A DNA stretch of 64,000 bases, from sequence record OR995200.1; one strand, 5' to 3'. This document shows positions 32,448 to 42,924 of the stretch, piece by piece. Position 1 is the first letter of the stretch; every line of letters starts with the position of its first letter. The translations under genes were made by a program, and so were the position numbers. Source of the DNA: Escherichia phage JY01. Under the pieces are notes generated by a model. That model worked only from the letters and a program-made list of their open reading frames with translations, ran no database searches and was not told the origin of the DNA.

Positions 32448-32908
32448 AGAGAGTCTCTTAATAGGTTTAACACATCAATAAATTCAGCTTCGGTTAGTAT
32501 TGTATCATCTTTTGTTAGACCACTAGCCATGCTGTGCTTCAAAACTTTTCCTTTCGAGGCTTGTAATGCATCACGAAAGCCCTTGTTTTGGATCGCTGCT
32601 TCAAAATATGCATTTGTGTATAATTCTTTCCACGCTGAGGAGTATCTTGAAAACGGAACTCCAAGCCAAAAGAGGGTCCCACGGTCCTGAGCTCTTGCAT
32701 AAGACCTTCCAGCTTGTTGGGCGGCAAGCCCGGATAACCCAAATATACGACGTTGTTGTTCAACATTTTTCACCTTGCATCCTTGGAGGAATCCTTCAAG
32801 ACCTCCAAATTGGATACCATCCATAACAAAAGGCCATTGGGCGAAATTACTTAATGCACATGATGGCCACCTAAAATTGCTTCTAATCTCTAACTCAGAC
32901 ATTTTCAA
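32444..32908 (-). CDS. NADAR/YbiA-like domain protein (30.3-like)
   Basis: 154 aa; LSNFAQWPFVMDG...EGFLQGCK and C-terminal VLNLLRDSL resemble the YbiA/NADAR (DUF1768) signature as I recall it. Confidence 0.55.
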   Translation of the reverse strand: MKMSELEIRSNFRWPSCALSNFAQWPFVMDGIQFGGLEGFLQGCKVKNVEQQRRIFGLSGLAAQQAGRSYARAQDRGTLFWLGVPFSRYSSAWKELYTNAYFEAAIQNKGFRDALQASKGKVLKHSMASGLTKDDTILTEAEFIDVLNLLRDSL

Positions 32909-33101
32909 TGCTTATAATTTCAACATCAGCCCAATGACCATAGCAAGGAAGACGAAATTCAACTGGCCAGTTAGGGTCCTTTTCTAATATAATAGACTCA
33001 ACTCGTGGTTCTTCATGTTCATCAGTATATGGATTTTTATCTGTTACTTTATATGTGACTTTAATGTATTGAATTCCAAAAATCTTATTAATTATATTCA
33101 T
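32895..33101 (-). CDS. hypothetical protein
   Basis: 68-aa ORF in the tightly packed 30.x early block. Confidence 0.5.
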   Translation of the reverse strand: MNIINKIFGIQYIKVTYKVTDKNPYTDEHEEPRVESIILEKDPNWPVEFRLPCYGHWADVEIISIENV

Positions 33102-33295
33102 ACTAATTCCTTTAATCCGTAAATAGGAGATAATTCATCACCCATACGAAGGTCTTCATTTCCATCTACCCAGGAAACAATATAAGCTTCTTTTATTTGA
33201 ATACCACTCCATTTAAATGGAGGTAGAACCTTAGAAATTAATCCAGGTATACCAACTCCCTTTAATTCAACAGTTTGACCTAAAAAGAATTTCAT
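33098..33295 (-). CDS. hypothetical protein
   Basis: 65-aa ORF, overlapping junctions. Confidence 0.5.
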   Translation of the reverse strand: MKFFLGQTVELKGVGIPGLISKVLPPFKWSGIQIKEAYIVSWVDGNEDLRMGDELSPIYGLKELV

Positions 33296-33582
33296 TAGAA
33301 CCTCATCTGAAAACCGTGCGATTTAACATTACCGCCGCCAATATCAGAAATATTAATTTCACGCGCAATTGAAGGGTCAATGTCAATTTCACGATTGAGT
33401 TTAGTGATAGCTAAAGTATCGCACCCATTTACAATACGGAACTCCAAAGGGCAGACTATATTAACGTAGTTTTTAATTGATTCACTGGTAGGTTGCAAAT
33501 GAGCAGGAAGGTCTTTAGGCGCCTTAGAGAAAACCACTTCACAGAAATTTTTGCGGGTGTCAAAATAAGTAGTCATAAACAT
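33295..33582 (-). CDS. hypothetical protein
   Basis: 95-aa ORF with GGAAAA SD after a hairpin. Confidence 0.55.
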   Translation of the reverse strand: MFMTTYFDTRKNFCEVVFSKAPKDLPAHLQPTSESIKNYVNIVCPLEFRIVNGCDTLAITKLNREIDIDPSIAREINISDIGGGNVKSHGFQMRF

Positions 33583-33599
33583 AGTATTTTCCTTAGTAA

Positions 33600-33613
33600 G
33601 GGGCCGAAGCCCC
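33600..33613 (-). terminator. stem-loop between two 30.x ORFs
   Basis: minus strand GGGGC-TTCG-GCCCC directly upstream of the next SD. Confidence 0.45.
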
Positions 33614-33623
33614 TCATTTTATT

Positions 33624-33989
33624 TTAAATATCAAATTCGTTAAGAACTACATCAAAGATTGCTTCAAGATGCTCAGGTTTAGCTCTGTTACTCAGAATAT
33701 GACGAATCCAAGTTTTAACCAGAAGCTTGCGATTAACACCATTCCAGCAAGGATGAGTCCCTAAATCGCGTTGACGAAAATCATCATCCAAAGCGATTTT
33801 GAAGTTGGAACCTTCCATTGTGATTGAAACCGTGATGCCATTTTCAAATCGCATATAAACGTAGTTAGGAGTCATATACTGTTCAATTTCGCATACTGAT
33901 CCATTTTGATGTTTCCAAAGGCAGATAGTATCAATAGAACCTGCAATACCGTTAGAAACATATTTACGTTCAAAGTTGATGTAGTTCAT
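33624..33989 (-). CDS. hypothetical protein
   Basis: 121-aa ORF downstream of an early promoter. Confidence 0.55.
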   Translation of the reverse strand: MNYINFERKYVSNGIAGSIDTICLWKHQNGSVCEIEQYMTPNYVYMRFENGITVSITMEGSNFKIALDDDFRQRDLGTHPCWNGVNRKLLVKTWIRHILSNRAKPEHLEAIFDVVLNEFDI

Positions 33990-34026
33990 TTTTATTCTCC
34001 AAGATGTTTAATTGCGGTACAGGTAT

Positions 34027-34055
34027 ATAATATCATATCCTGTACCAAAGTAAAC
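34027..34055 (-). promoter_or_regulatory. early promoter inside an inverted repeat
   Basis: minus strand: GTTTAC - 17 nt - TATTAT; 8-bp inverted repeat GGTACAGG/CCTGTACC (34016-34046) brackets the -10. Confidence 0.5.
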
Positions 34056-34057
34056 AA

Positions 34058-34390
34058 TTATTTTACTACTTTCCAATGCTGCATGTCAAGTTTACCAACT
34101 TTTTTCATCTTCTCAATCAAACGTTCGGCACGTTGGCGAGCTGTAACATAATACCATTCACCTAATTCATTTTGTTCAATTTTTCCAACGATTACTGTAT
34201 TCAATTCATAAATCCAACCAGTAAAGAAATTATGAACTTGAATTGTAAAGGTGAAATCTGTTCCCATACCTTCTGTTGTTTCTACTTCAATAATATCACC
34301 TTCAACTGCCATTAAGAACCACATAGTTTCATCATATTTACCATTGAAGCATTTAGTTTTAACTGCAGCGTTCAGATTAATCGTTTTCAT
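34058..34390 (-). CDS. hypothetical protein
   Basis: 110-aa ORF with AAGGAGAA SD; early promoter upstream. Confidence 0.55.
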   Translation of the reverse strand: MKTINLNAAVKTKCFNGKYDETMWFLMAVEGDIIEVETTEGMGTDFTFTIQVHNFFTGWIYELNTVIVGKIEQNELGEWYYVTARQRAERLIEKMKKVGKLDMQHWKVVK

Positions 34391-34418
34391 TTTATTCTCC
34401 TTTGTTTGTGTAAGATAA

Positions 34419-34448
34419 TACTATCACAAAGGAACCATACTGTAAACA
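34419..34448 (-). promoter_or_regulatory. early promoter candidate
   Basis: minus strand: GTTTAC - 18 nt - TAGTAT, upstream of the 110-aa ORF. Confidence 0.4.
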
Positions 34449-34477
34449 ACTTTATGCAATCTTTGGAAAATAAAAAA

Positions 34478-34495
34478 GGACTCCCGAAGGAGTCC
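34478..34495 (-). terminator. rho-independent terminator after the 58-aa basic ORF
   Basis: minus strand GGACTCC-TTCG-GGAGTCC followed by TTTTTTATTTTCC. Confidence 0.65.
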
Positions 34496-34500
34496 TCAAC

Positions 34501-34677
34501 TTATGCTTTCTGCTTACCAAAACGAGAAGCATCATCTCGAAGAACCGCACGTGCTCGGCGCATGATCTTCTCAACAGTTTGATTGATACGAGAGTTCGAC
34601 CCACGCTTGTAGCCAGCGCGTTTAGAATCACCAACTTTCTTTTCAACTGCTTTCTTTGCTTTAGCTTGTTTTGCCAT
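34501..34677 (-). CDS. small highly basic protein (58 aa)
   Basis: MAKQAKAKKAVEKK...; start at the internal ATG with an AAGAG SD; followed by a strong terminator. Confidence 0.5.
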   Translation of the reverse strand: MAKQAKAKKAVEKKVGDSKRAGYKRGSNSRINQTVEKIMRRARAVLRDDASRFGKQKA

Positions 34678-34921
34678 TATAAATTCTCTTTTAAATGAAA
34701 ATGCAGGACTTATTGGCATTGCCTGCGCAAGCCCTCAAGGGGAACGTAGGTTTTTGGATATTTAACGACCAGGATAACCATAAACCCGTCATCATTCACA
34801 TTCAAGAGGTACACCGTAAAACTGCCGGGGTCTTAAAACTATAATGATTCGCAAATCATTAATCAGACAGTTCGACGGCTCCTCGATTTAGCTCACACTA
34901 AGGCAGTGAATCTCCAATAAA

Positions 34922-35170
34922 TTACTTCAATGTTACCACAAAGTGACGAACTGCTTTTCGCGCAGCAGAAGCCAAAGGCTTAGCATATTTAAGTTCATCT
35001 TTTTCCTGAAGCTCAGCAGCTAATGCAGTTTGAGTAGGATTCAGATGTTTGAAATAACGCAGGATTTCAAGAGCTTCGGCTTCAACATCAATAGATGCGC
35101 CATAGTTTTCGTGACCATTATTCCATGCGTTTCGTTGCAGTTCAAGAGCGTGTTGTAATTGTTTAATCAT
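34922..35170 (-). CDS. rIII: rIII lysis-inhibition accessory protein
   Basis: 82 aa, position between gene 31 and the 30.x block as in T4. Confidence 0.8.
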   Translation of the reverse strand: MIKQLQHALELQRNAWNNGHENYGASIDVEAEALEILRYFKHLNPTQTALAAELQEKDELKYAKPLASAARKAVRHFVVTLK

Positions 35171-35309
35171 TTAAAAATTCTCGTTAGAGATTAAAACTCG
35201 GTAGTCACGTTCTTCTGAATTTCATCTTCTTTCGACAGATCTCTCAGTTGTAGACTACCACATAGAATTGTTCGGTTAACTTATTATTCCGACACCCAAT
35301 TCATATTAT

Positions 35310-35317
35310 TATTTATA
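35310..35317 (-). promoter_or_regulatory. late promoter (TATAAATA on minus) downstream of gene 31, upstream of rIII
   Basis: plus-strand TATTTATA immediately after the gene 31 stop. Confidence 0.5.
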
Positions 35318-35653
35318 TCACTTATAAAGACACGGAATAGCTTTATAGTGACAAGTAACGAATTTTTGTTTAATTTCTTTTGGCTGCTTAAGACCCAGAG
35401 CTACAAAAGGATGCGGAACATTTCGAATTTGACCAACTGGAAGAGAAGTCAAATCACCAACTTCGCAGAAACCTTCAGGAACATCAGGACCGACAGAGTG
35501 AACTACACACAGTTCAGGAACTTCACCTTGAACACGTTTACCGATAATAAGTCCTGATTCTGTAACTTCTTCATCACCGGCTTGTGCAGGTTCAGAAACT
35601 AAAATAACATATTCACCGACAGCACGAATTGGTAGCTGTTGTACTTCAGACAT
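35318..35653 (-). CDS. 31: co-chaperonin gp31 (GroES analogue for gp23 folding)
   Basis: 111 aa; matches T4 gp31 sequence as I recall it ([22 protein letters not shown]...). Confidence 0.93.
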
Positions 35654-35682
35654 CGTTTTTCCTTTTTGTTAACAGATGAATT

Positions 35683-35707
35683 AATAATAACAAATAATTC
35701 TTAAAGC
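35683..35707 (-). promoter_or_regulatory. candidate middle promoter for gene 31
   Basis: minus strand: TGCTTTA - 12 nt - TATTAT. Confidence 0.4.
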
Positions 35708-35709
35708 AT

Positions 35710-36018
35710 TTATTTACCAATAAATTGGAGCAAATGCTCAACTTTCATACCATTAACGGAAATCAATTTGTCAATAGAAAAACCTCGCCATGCACCAAGC
35801 TCAACATCAAATACCGGAATCATGTCAGTAGATTCTTTCCGAGTAGATTCAGTCAATTTGCCAGTTTGCATGGTTGGCATAAAGTCCGCGTCGCGAGTAC
35901 CTTTCATAACACGAATAGTACCGTCAGACTTTTCAAAAACTACGTTTGAAACACCCATGGACAATTTAGTTTTCAAAATTTCACGAATTGCTACTTTCTG
36001 CTCAGTTGTCAGTTTCAT
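35710..36018 (-). CDS. hypothetical protein (31.1-like)
   Basis: 102-aa ORF upstream of gene 31. Confidence 0.6.
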   Translation of the reverse strand: MKLTTEQKVAIREILKTKLSMGVSNVVFEKSDGTIRVMKGTRDADFMPTMQTGKLTESTRKESTDMIPVFDVELGAWRGFSIDKLISVNGMKVEHLLQFIGK

Positions 36019-36255
36019 TTATTTACCTATTACAGTTTTAATATGAGTTGTTCCACGTTCTTTAAGGGTGGAAAGTAATTTTTGGCATTTTTCTAAATCA
36101 GATTTCCAACTATATGGTCTATCAATACAAACCCATTCTGACTTATAATACTGCTTCCATTTAGAGAAAAAATATTTCTTATACTCTACAGCAAATGAAA
36201 TGTTCTCGTTGGAATAAGAACTAATTGCTGTGAGTTGTACCAAACGAAATTTCAT
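36019..36255 (-). CDS. hypothetical protein (31.2-like)
   Basis: 78-aa ORF. Confidence 0.55.
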   Translation of the reverse strand: MKFRLVQLTAISSYSNENISFAVEYKKYFFSKWKQYYKSEWVCIDRPYSWKSDLEKCQKLLSTLKERGTTHIKTVIGK

Positions 36256-36836
36256 TATTCACCACAGAATTCGTTGATATTTTCCCAGTTTAACTTATTC
36301 AAGTTTTTCTTAGGAACATTAAACACTTCAATACCTGCATTTCGCAGAATATCATCCCAGCCAGGTTTATTTTTATCATATGTTTCGCAATAAACCAGCT
36401 TTTTAATACCAGATTGAGCTATCGCTTTTGCACAATCTGGACAAGGAGAAAGTGTTACATACATAGTAGCACCTTCAATAGAAGAGCCATTTCGTGCAGC
36501 AAACAAAATCGCATTTAGTTCAGCATGAATTTCATTTTTAGACGACCATTCCGAGTGAGCGCTACGATGTTCTTTCGCCAAAACAAAACGATCAGTTGAA
36601 CCAAATGATACGCATTCAGGCTTATGGCCTTGAATGATAGTATGTTTAGGTTTATTCAGCAACCAACCTTGCTCAGCGGCATAATCACAACAGTTCACAC
36701 CACCAGCAGGGGAACCATTATATCCGGTAGAAATAATACGTCCATTCTTTTCAATTACTGCTCCTACCTTCCAGGAGCAACATTTTGATTCCTGCGATAC
36801 TAAATATGCAATTTGAAGTACTGTACTCGCTTTCAT
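36255..36836 (-). CDS. cd: dCMP deaminase
   Basis: 193 aa; zinc-binding HAE...PCxxC motifs (HAELNAI, SPCPDCAKAI). Confidence 0.93.
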   Translation of the reverse strand: MKASTVLQIAYLVSQESKCCSWKVGAVIEKNGRIISTGYNGSPAGGVNCCDYAAEQGWLLNKPKHTIIQGHKPECVSFGSTDRFVLAKEHRSAHSEWSSKNEIHAELNAILFAARNGSSIEGATMYVTLSPCPDCAKAIAQSGIKKLVYCETYDKNKPGWDDILRNAGIEVFNVPKKNLNKLNWENINEFCGE

Positions 36837-37171
36837 TTCATAATCACCAGATAAGCAGATTTAACAGTTTCAACACGATAAATTTCGTGACGAAGTTTAG
36901 TTATACTTTTAATAACAGAACTAATTATATTCTGCCCATCTTTAAAGCGGTTTTTCTTATCAATGAAAATTGCACCAGCCATCTTTTTGTGAAGCTCAAC
37001 TGGATACTTCGTCACAATAATAGCATCATACACAGAAGGATGAATACTATTCACTAGAGTATCGTTCATTAAAGTTATTCTAATGAACTGTGCTGTTTCA
37101 GAGTCAAGCGCTCTATGATCGCCAGTATCATTTTCAAGACAATTATCAATTATATCAGTTAAATTCATCAT
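36833..37171 (-). CDS. hypothetical protein (cd.1-like)
   Basis: 112-aa ORF. Confidence 0.55.
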   Translation of the reverse strand: MMNLTDIIDNCLENDTGDHRALDSETAQFIRITLMNDTLVNSIHPSVYDAIIVTKYPVELHKKMAGAIFIDKKNRFKDGQNIISSVIKSITKLRHEIYRVETVKSAYLVIMK

Positions 37172-37404
37172 AGTACGCCATACACCCTTTGTGCTTCAAC
37201 TAATCCATCAAAATCCAATTTGAGATGTGTTATTTGGTCACCATCACCTGGATTCACAATTACTAATACCGAACGAGGAGTTTCGGTAATAACACGAACC
37301 GACGTTTCAGGAAATCGTTCAGAAACCTTATTTACCAATTCTTGAGCAAATAGTTTAACTTTTTCTTGGAATTCTTTAACAGTAATTGGTTTTTCGCTTA
37401 GCAT
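37168..37404 (-). CDS. hypothetical protein (cd.2-like)
   Basis: 78-aa ORF. Confidence 0.55.
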   Translation of the reverse strand: MLSEKPITVKEFQEKVKLFAQELVNKVSERFPETSVRVITETPRSVLVIVNPGDGDQITHLKLDFDGLVEAQRVYGVL

Positions 37405-37925
37405 GTTGATCCTAGCTCCTTACTTTCAACATTTTTAACTAATTTGACAGAAACTAATTCAGCATCTTGGGTAATCATTACCGGACCTTCTTCATGCTCT
37501 TCAAGATATTCTAGAGCTTTCTTTTTAGCTTCTTCCTTCGTATCAGTTTGAGCATAGATATAGAACATACAACCAGTAATACCTACTACTTTCCACTTAA
37601 TTTCTTTACCAGTTTTAATTTCAAATTTACTTACAGAATCATCTTTTTGAACTTCTTCGAAAAAAGAATATTCTAACATATAAGCAATTGAAAATAACGG
37701 GCTAACTTTATAGGATTCACCCATTACATCAACAGCTTTATACCAACAATCATCAATTTCACGTTTAATGCTAATAACATTTTTCGCAGGATCTATTTTT
37801 ACTTTAAATGAATTTTCCCCAATAAACTGGGCAATTCGTTTATTAGCCCCGCAAGTTTCATTAAAAATATCTTTATATCCAGCTTTAAAGCGATAAACCT
37901 TATCTTCTTCAAACCATTCGCTCAT
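37398..37925 (-). CDS. hypothetical protein (cd.3-like)
   Basis: 175-aa ORF; early promoter upstream. Confidence 0.6.
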   Translation of the reverse strand: MSEWFEEDKVYRFKAGYKDIFNETCGANKRIAQFIGENSFKVKIDPAKNVISIKREIDDCWYKAVDVMGESYKVSPLFSIAYMLEYSFFEEVQKDDSVSKFEIKTGKEIKWKVVGITGCMFYIYAQTDTKEEAKKKALEYLEEHEEGPVMITQDAELVSVKLVKNVESKELGSTC

Positions 37926-37955
37926 TTCAATTTCCTCATTTGTTTTGGTAGAGCT

Positions 37956-37985
37956 ATAATATCACAACTCTACCGTAAAGTAAAC
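37956..37985 (-). promoter_or_regulatory. early promoter inside an inverted repeat
   Basis: minus strand: GTTTAC - 18 nt - TATTAT; 7-bp inverted repeat GGTAGAG/CTCTACC (37947-37974) brackets the -10. Confidence 0.5.
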
Positions 37986-37987
37986 TA

Positions 37988-38263
37988 TTAAATTGCTTTG
38001 AATTCTGATGTCTGTGATTCAAAGCGAATGTCGCCTTTGATAACTAGCTCAGCATCAAGACCAAATACAACAATGATATGCGCGGAACCTGGATACAACG
38101 TAATGGCAATAGAATCCACCTGGTCTGGAAGCAAAGCGTTCAATACATGAGTCACTTGAGCGTGGATTCGAAGTTCAGCTGCATTATCAAGCTTTTCAAA
38201 CATGTTATTAGCGATAATTTGGCTAAACACTACTTCTACGATTTTAGAGTAAGTCGGAAACAT
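37988..38263 (-). CDS. hypothetical protein (cd.4-like)
   Basis: 91-aa ORF. Confidence 0.55.
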   Translation of the reverse strand: MFPTYSKIVEVVFSQIIANNMFEKLDNAAELRIHAQVTHVLNALLPDQVDSIAITLYPGSAHIIVVFGLDAELVIKGDIRFESQTSEFKAI

Positions 38264-38265
38264 AT

Positions 38266-38458
38266 TTACCTCACATAATTTTCTTCAAGCCAATCAATAA
38301 CATCTAAAGCGTTATCAAAAGTTGAACCATCTACTCTGTCTTCTGTTTCATAATCAAGAACATCTAAGCCTACTCTTCCATCAACAATAGGCCATAAACA
38401 AAATAGATATTTCTTTTCTTTTTCAATTTTATCACAAAGATGATAAATCTTTTCTAGG

Positions 38459-38466
<8 letters not shown>
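38266..38466 (-). CDS. hypothetical protein
   Basis: 66-aa ORF. Confidence 0.5.
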
Positions 38467-39874
<1,408 letters not shown>

Positions 39875-39878
<4 letters not shown>

Positions 39879-40111
39879 TTATTTTTCTCAACTAATGATT
39901 GAATATAATCATGCAGATCTTTAGACGCCTTAGCCCAATTATTTTGATATTCATTTTTAAGATTAGCACGAGATTGAGCTAATAAAACATCATTAGTTGG
40001 AGGTAAAGATTCTAACCGCTGAATCTGGCGTCCGTAAATCATTGCAGCCATCTCGGATTCATAAATCAATCCTTTGAGATGTTCAAATTGATGCCATGAA
40101 ATCATTTGCAT
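39875..40111 (-). CDS. hypothetical protein
   Basis: 78-aa ORF. Confidence 0.5.
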
Positions 40112-40401
40112 TTATCCTCTTTTAACTCTTGACGATAATAACATATCATAGTTTTCTGATCATGTACATATCGTTTTACATCATTAAGCCAAATGCGAAA
40201 TTCCTGGGAATCTTCAAATGGCATACCGACCCAAGCTTTACCATCAATAACTTTAACTTGCCAAGATAGTTTAGCTTCGTCATATGACTTTATTTGTACA
40301 GGCCAATTAGGATGAACTGTTTCTTTCTTTACTTCTAGAGGCTTTGTAGAACAACCAACTAGAAGACCAATAGATAATATTACTGCTGATAGTTTAATCA
40401 T
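40102..40401 (-). CDS. outer-membrane spanin (lipoprotein; PseT.2-type o-spanin)
   Basis: 99 aa; signal peptide with lipobox LVGC (MIKLSAVILSIGLLVGCS); immediately downstream of the i-spanin. Confidence 0.75.
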   Translation of the reverse strand: MIKLSAVILSIGLLVGCSTKPLEVKKETVHPNWPVQIKSYDEAKLSWQVKVIDGKAWVGMPFEDSQEFRIWLNDVKRYVHDQKTMICYYRQELKEDKCK

Positions 40402-40751
40402 TTAGAAAGGTCCTGGATGTCTTCTGCGAACTTATTGAAGGAGTTGTTGATTTGTTTTTCAACCAATCCTGGCTTACGAGCCACCACATCCGCCTTCTTT
40501 GCGTCTTTGCGCAGCTTTTCATTTTCACGCTCAATAGCAGCAATTGCCTCACGATTTTTATTATTCATTGCATCAATATAATTATATTGATTTTTTAAAT
40601 CATTTAATGCTAAAGCGTTTTCATTGGCCGTTTTTGTAATTTCAGTAACTGATGTTTCTAATCTTTCTACCTTATTTTTTAAAATAATAGATGTTCCGCC
40701 AAATGCTATTACAAGTAATAGCAATCCAGCTGTAAAATTACTTACATGCAT
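40398..40751 (-). CDS. inner-membrane spanin (PseT.3-type i-spanin)
   Basis: 117 aa; N-terminal transmembrane segment (GLLLLVIAFGGTSIIL) then coiled coil; paired with the lipoprotein gene. Confidence 0.75.
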   Translation of the reverse strand: MHVSNFTAGLLLLVIAFGGTSIILKNKVERLETSVTEITKTANENALALNDLKNQYNYIDAMNNKNREAIAAIERENEKLRKDAKKADVVARKPGLVEKQINNSFNKFAEDIQDLSK

Positions 40752-41248
40752 AAAGTTTTAATAACCTCTATAATATCGTCTTGAGAAAGACCATTAATTA
40801 AAATATGATGTTCAGCTGGAGATTTAGAAATTTTAAAGCATGCCTCAACATCTTCTGCCATATCCGATGCACTACGATTTGGATTACTAATTCCAAGACG
40901 ATGTTTTCCCGTCAAAGGATTAACGATGATATAGCATTTGCAGCTATTGATATGAACATTAGGCTGAGTCTGATTAATGAATACTTCGCACTCATACTTA
41001 GCGAGTTGATTTTCTAAAAAGACTTTCATCTCCTCAACCGCATCAGGAAGCATATCACGGGCTTGCTCAAGACGACGATTTCGATATTCTTTAATGGTCG
41101 TTTTCCGTTTGACTTGCTTAGCTAAATCTTTCTTAAGATCGGTGATATATCCAACTCGACGATTTCCTTTAAATACAGAAATCCCATCCGTAGTATCACC
41201 GTATGCTTCAACAACCATTTCAGTAGTAATAAGCTGCAAATCCATCAT
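40742..41248 (-). CDS. alc: Alc, inhibitor of host transcription on cytosine-containing DNA
   Basis: 168-aa ORF (Alc is 167 aa in T4 as I recall, so the second Met may be the start); early promoter upstream. Confidence 0.85.
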   Translation of the reverse strand: MMDLQLITTEMVVEAYGDTTDGISVFKGNRRVGYITDLKKDLAKQVKRKTTIKEYRNRRLEQARDMLPDAVEEMKVFLENQLAKYECEVFINQTQPNVHINSCKCYIIVNPLTGKHRLGISNPNRSASDMAEDVEACFKISKSPAEHHILINGLSQDDIIEVIKTLCM

Positions 41249-41252
41249 AAAG

Positions 41253-41306
41253 TCCTCATGTTATGTCAGTAAAACTACTATAACACAACACGAGAGACTT
41301 GTAAAC
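41253..41306 (-). repeat. 54-bp promoter-leader cassette, copy 2
   Basis: tcctcatgttatgtcagtaaAactactataacacaacaCgagAgacttgtaaac upstream of alc. Confidence 0.8.
41277..41306 (-). promoter_or_regulatory. early (sigma70-type) promoter for alc
   Basis: minus strand: GTTTAC - 18 nt - TATAGT; second copy of the 54-bp repeat. Confidence 0.55.
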
Positions 41307-41309
41307 AGC

Positions 41310-42897
<1,588 letters not shown>

Positions 42898-42905
42898 AAT
42901 AAAAT

Positions 42906-42919
42906 GGGCCTTGCGGCCC
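42906..42919 (-). terminator. stem-loop between nrdB and denA
   Basis: minus strand GGGCC-GCAA-GGCCC. Confidence 0.4.
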
Positions 42920-42924
42920 ACTCC

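Noticed and set aside
32539-32826. Internal ORFs on both strands within the NADAR-like gene
   Set aside because: Alternative frames of the same locus; the 154-aa frame is the one with recognisable domain motifs.
34695-34844. 49-aa plus-strand ORF (MKMQDLLALPAQ...) and a 34-aa minus-strand ORF in the GC-rich spacer
   Set aside because: No SD, not sequence I recognise, and the plus-strand one runs against local transcription; kept only as a caveat on calling the spacer non-coding.
34678-34921. Possible tRNA gene in the GC-rich spacer
   Set aside because: No GTTCRANYC T-loop, D-loop or cloverleaf found on either strand; no tRNA called.
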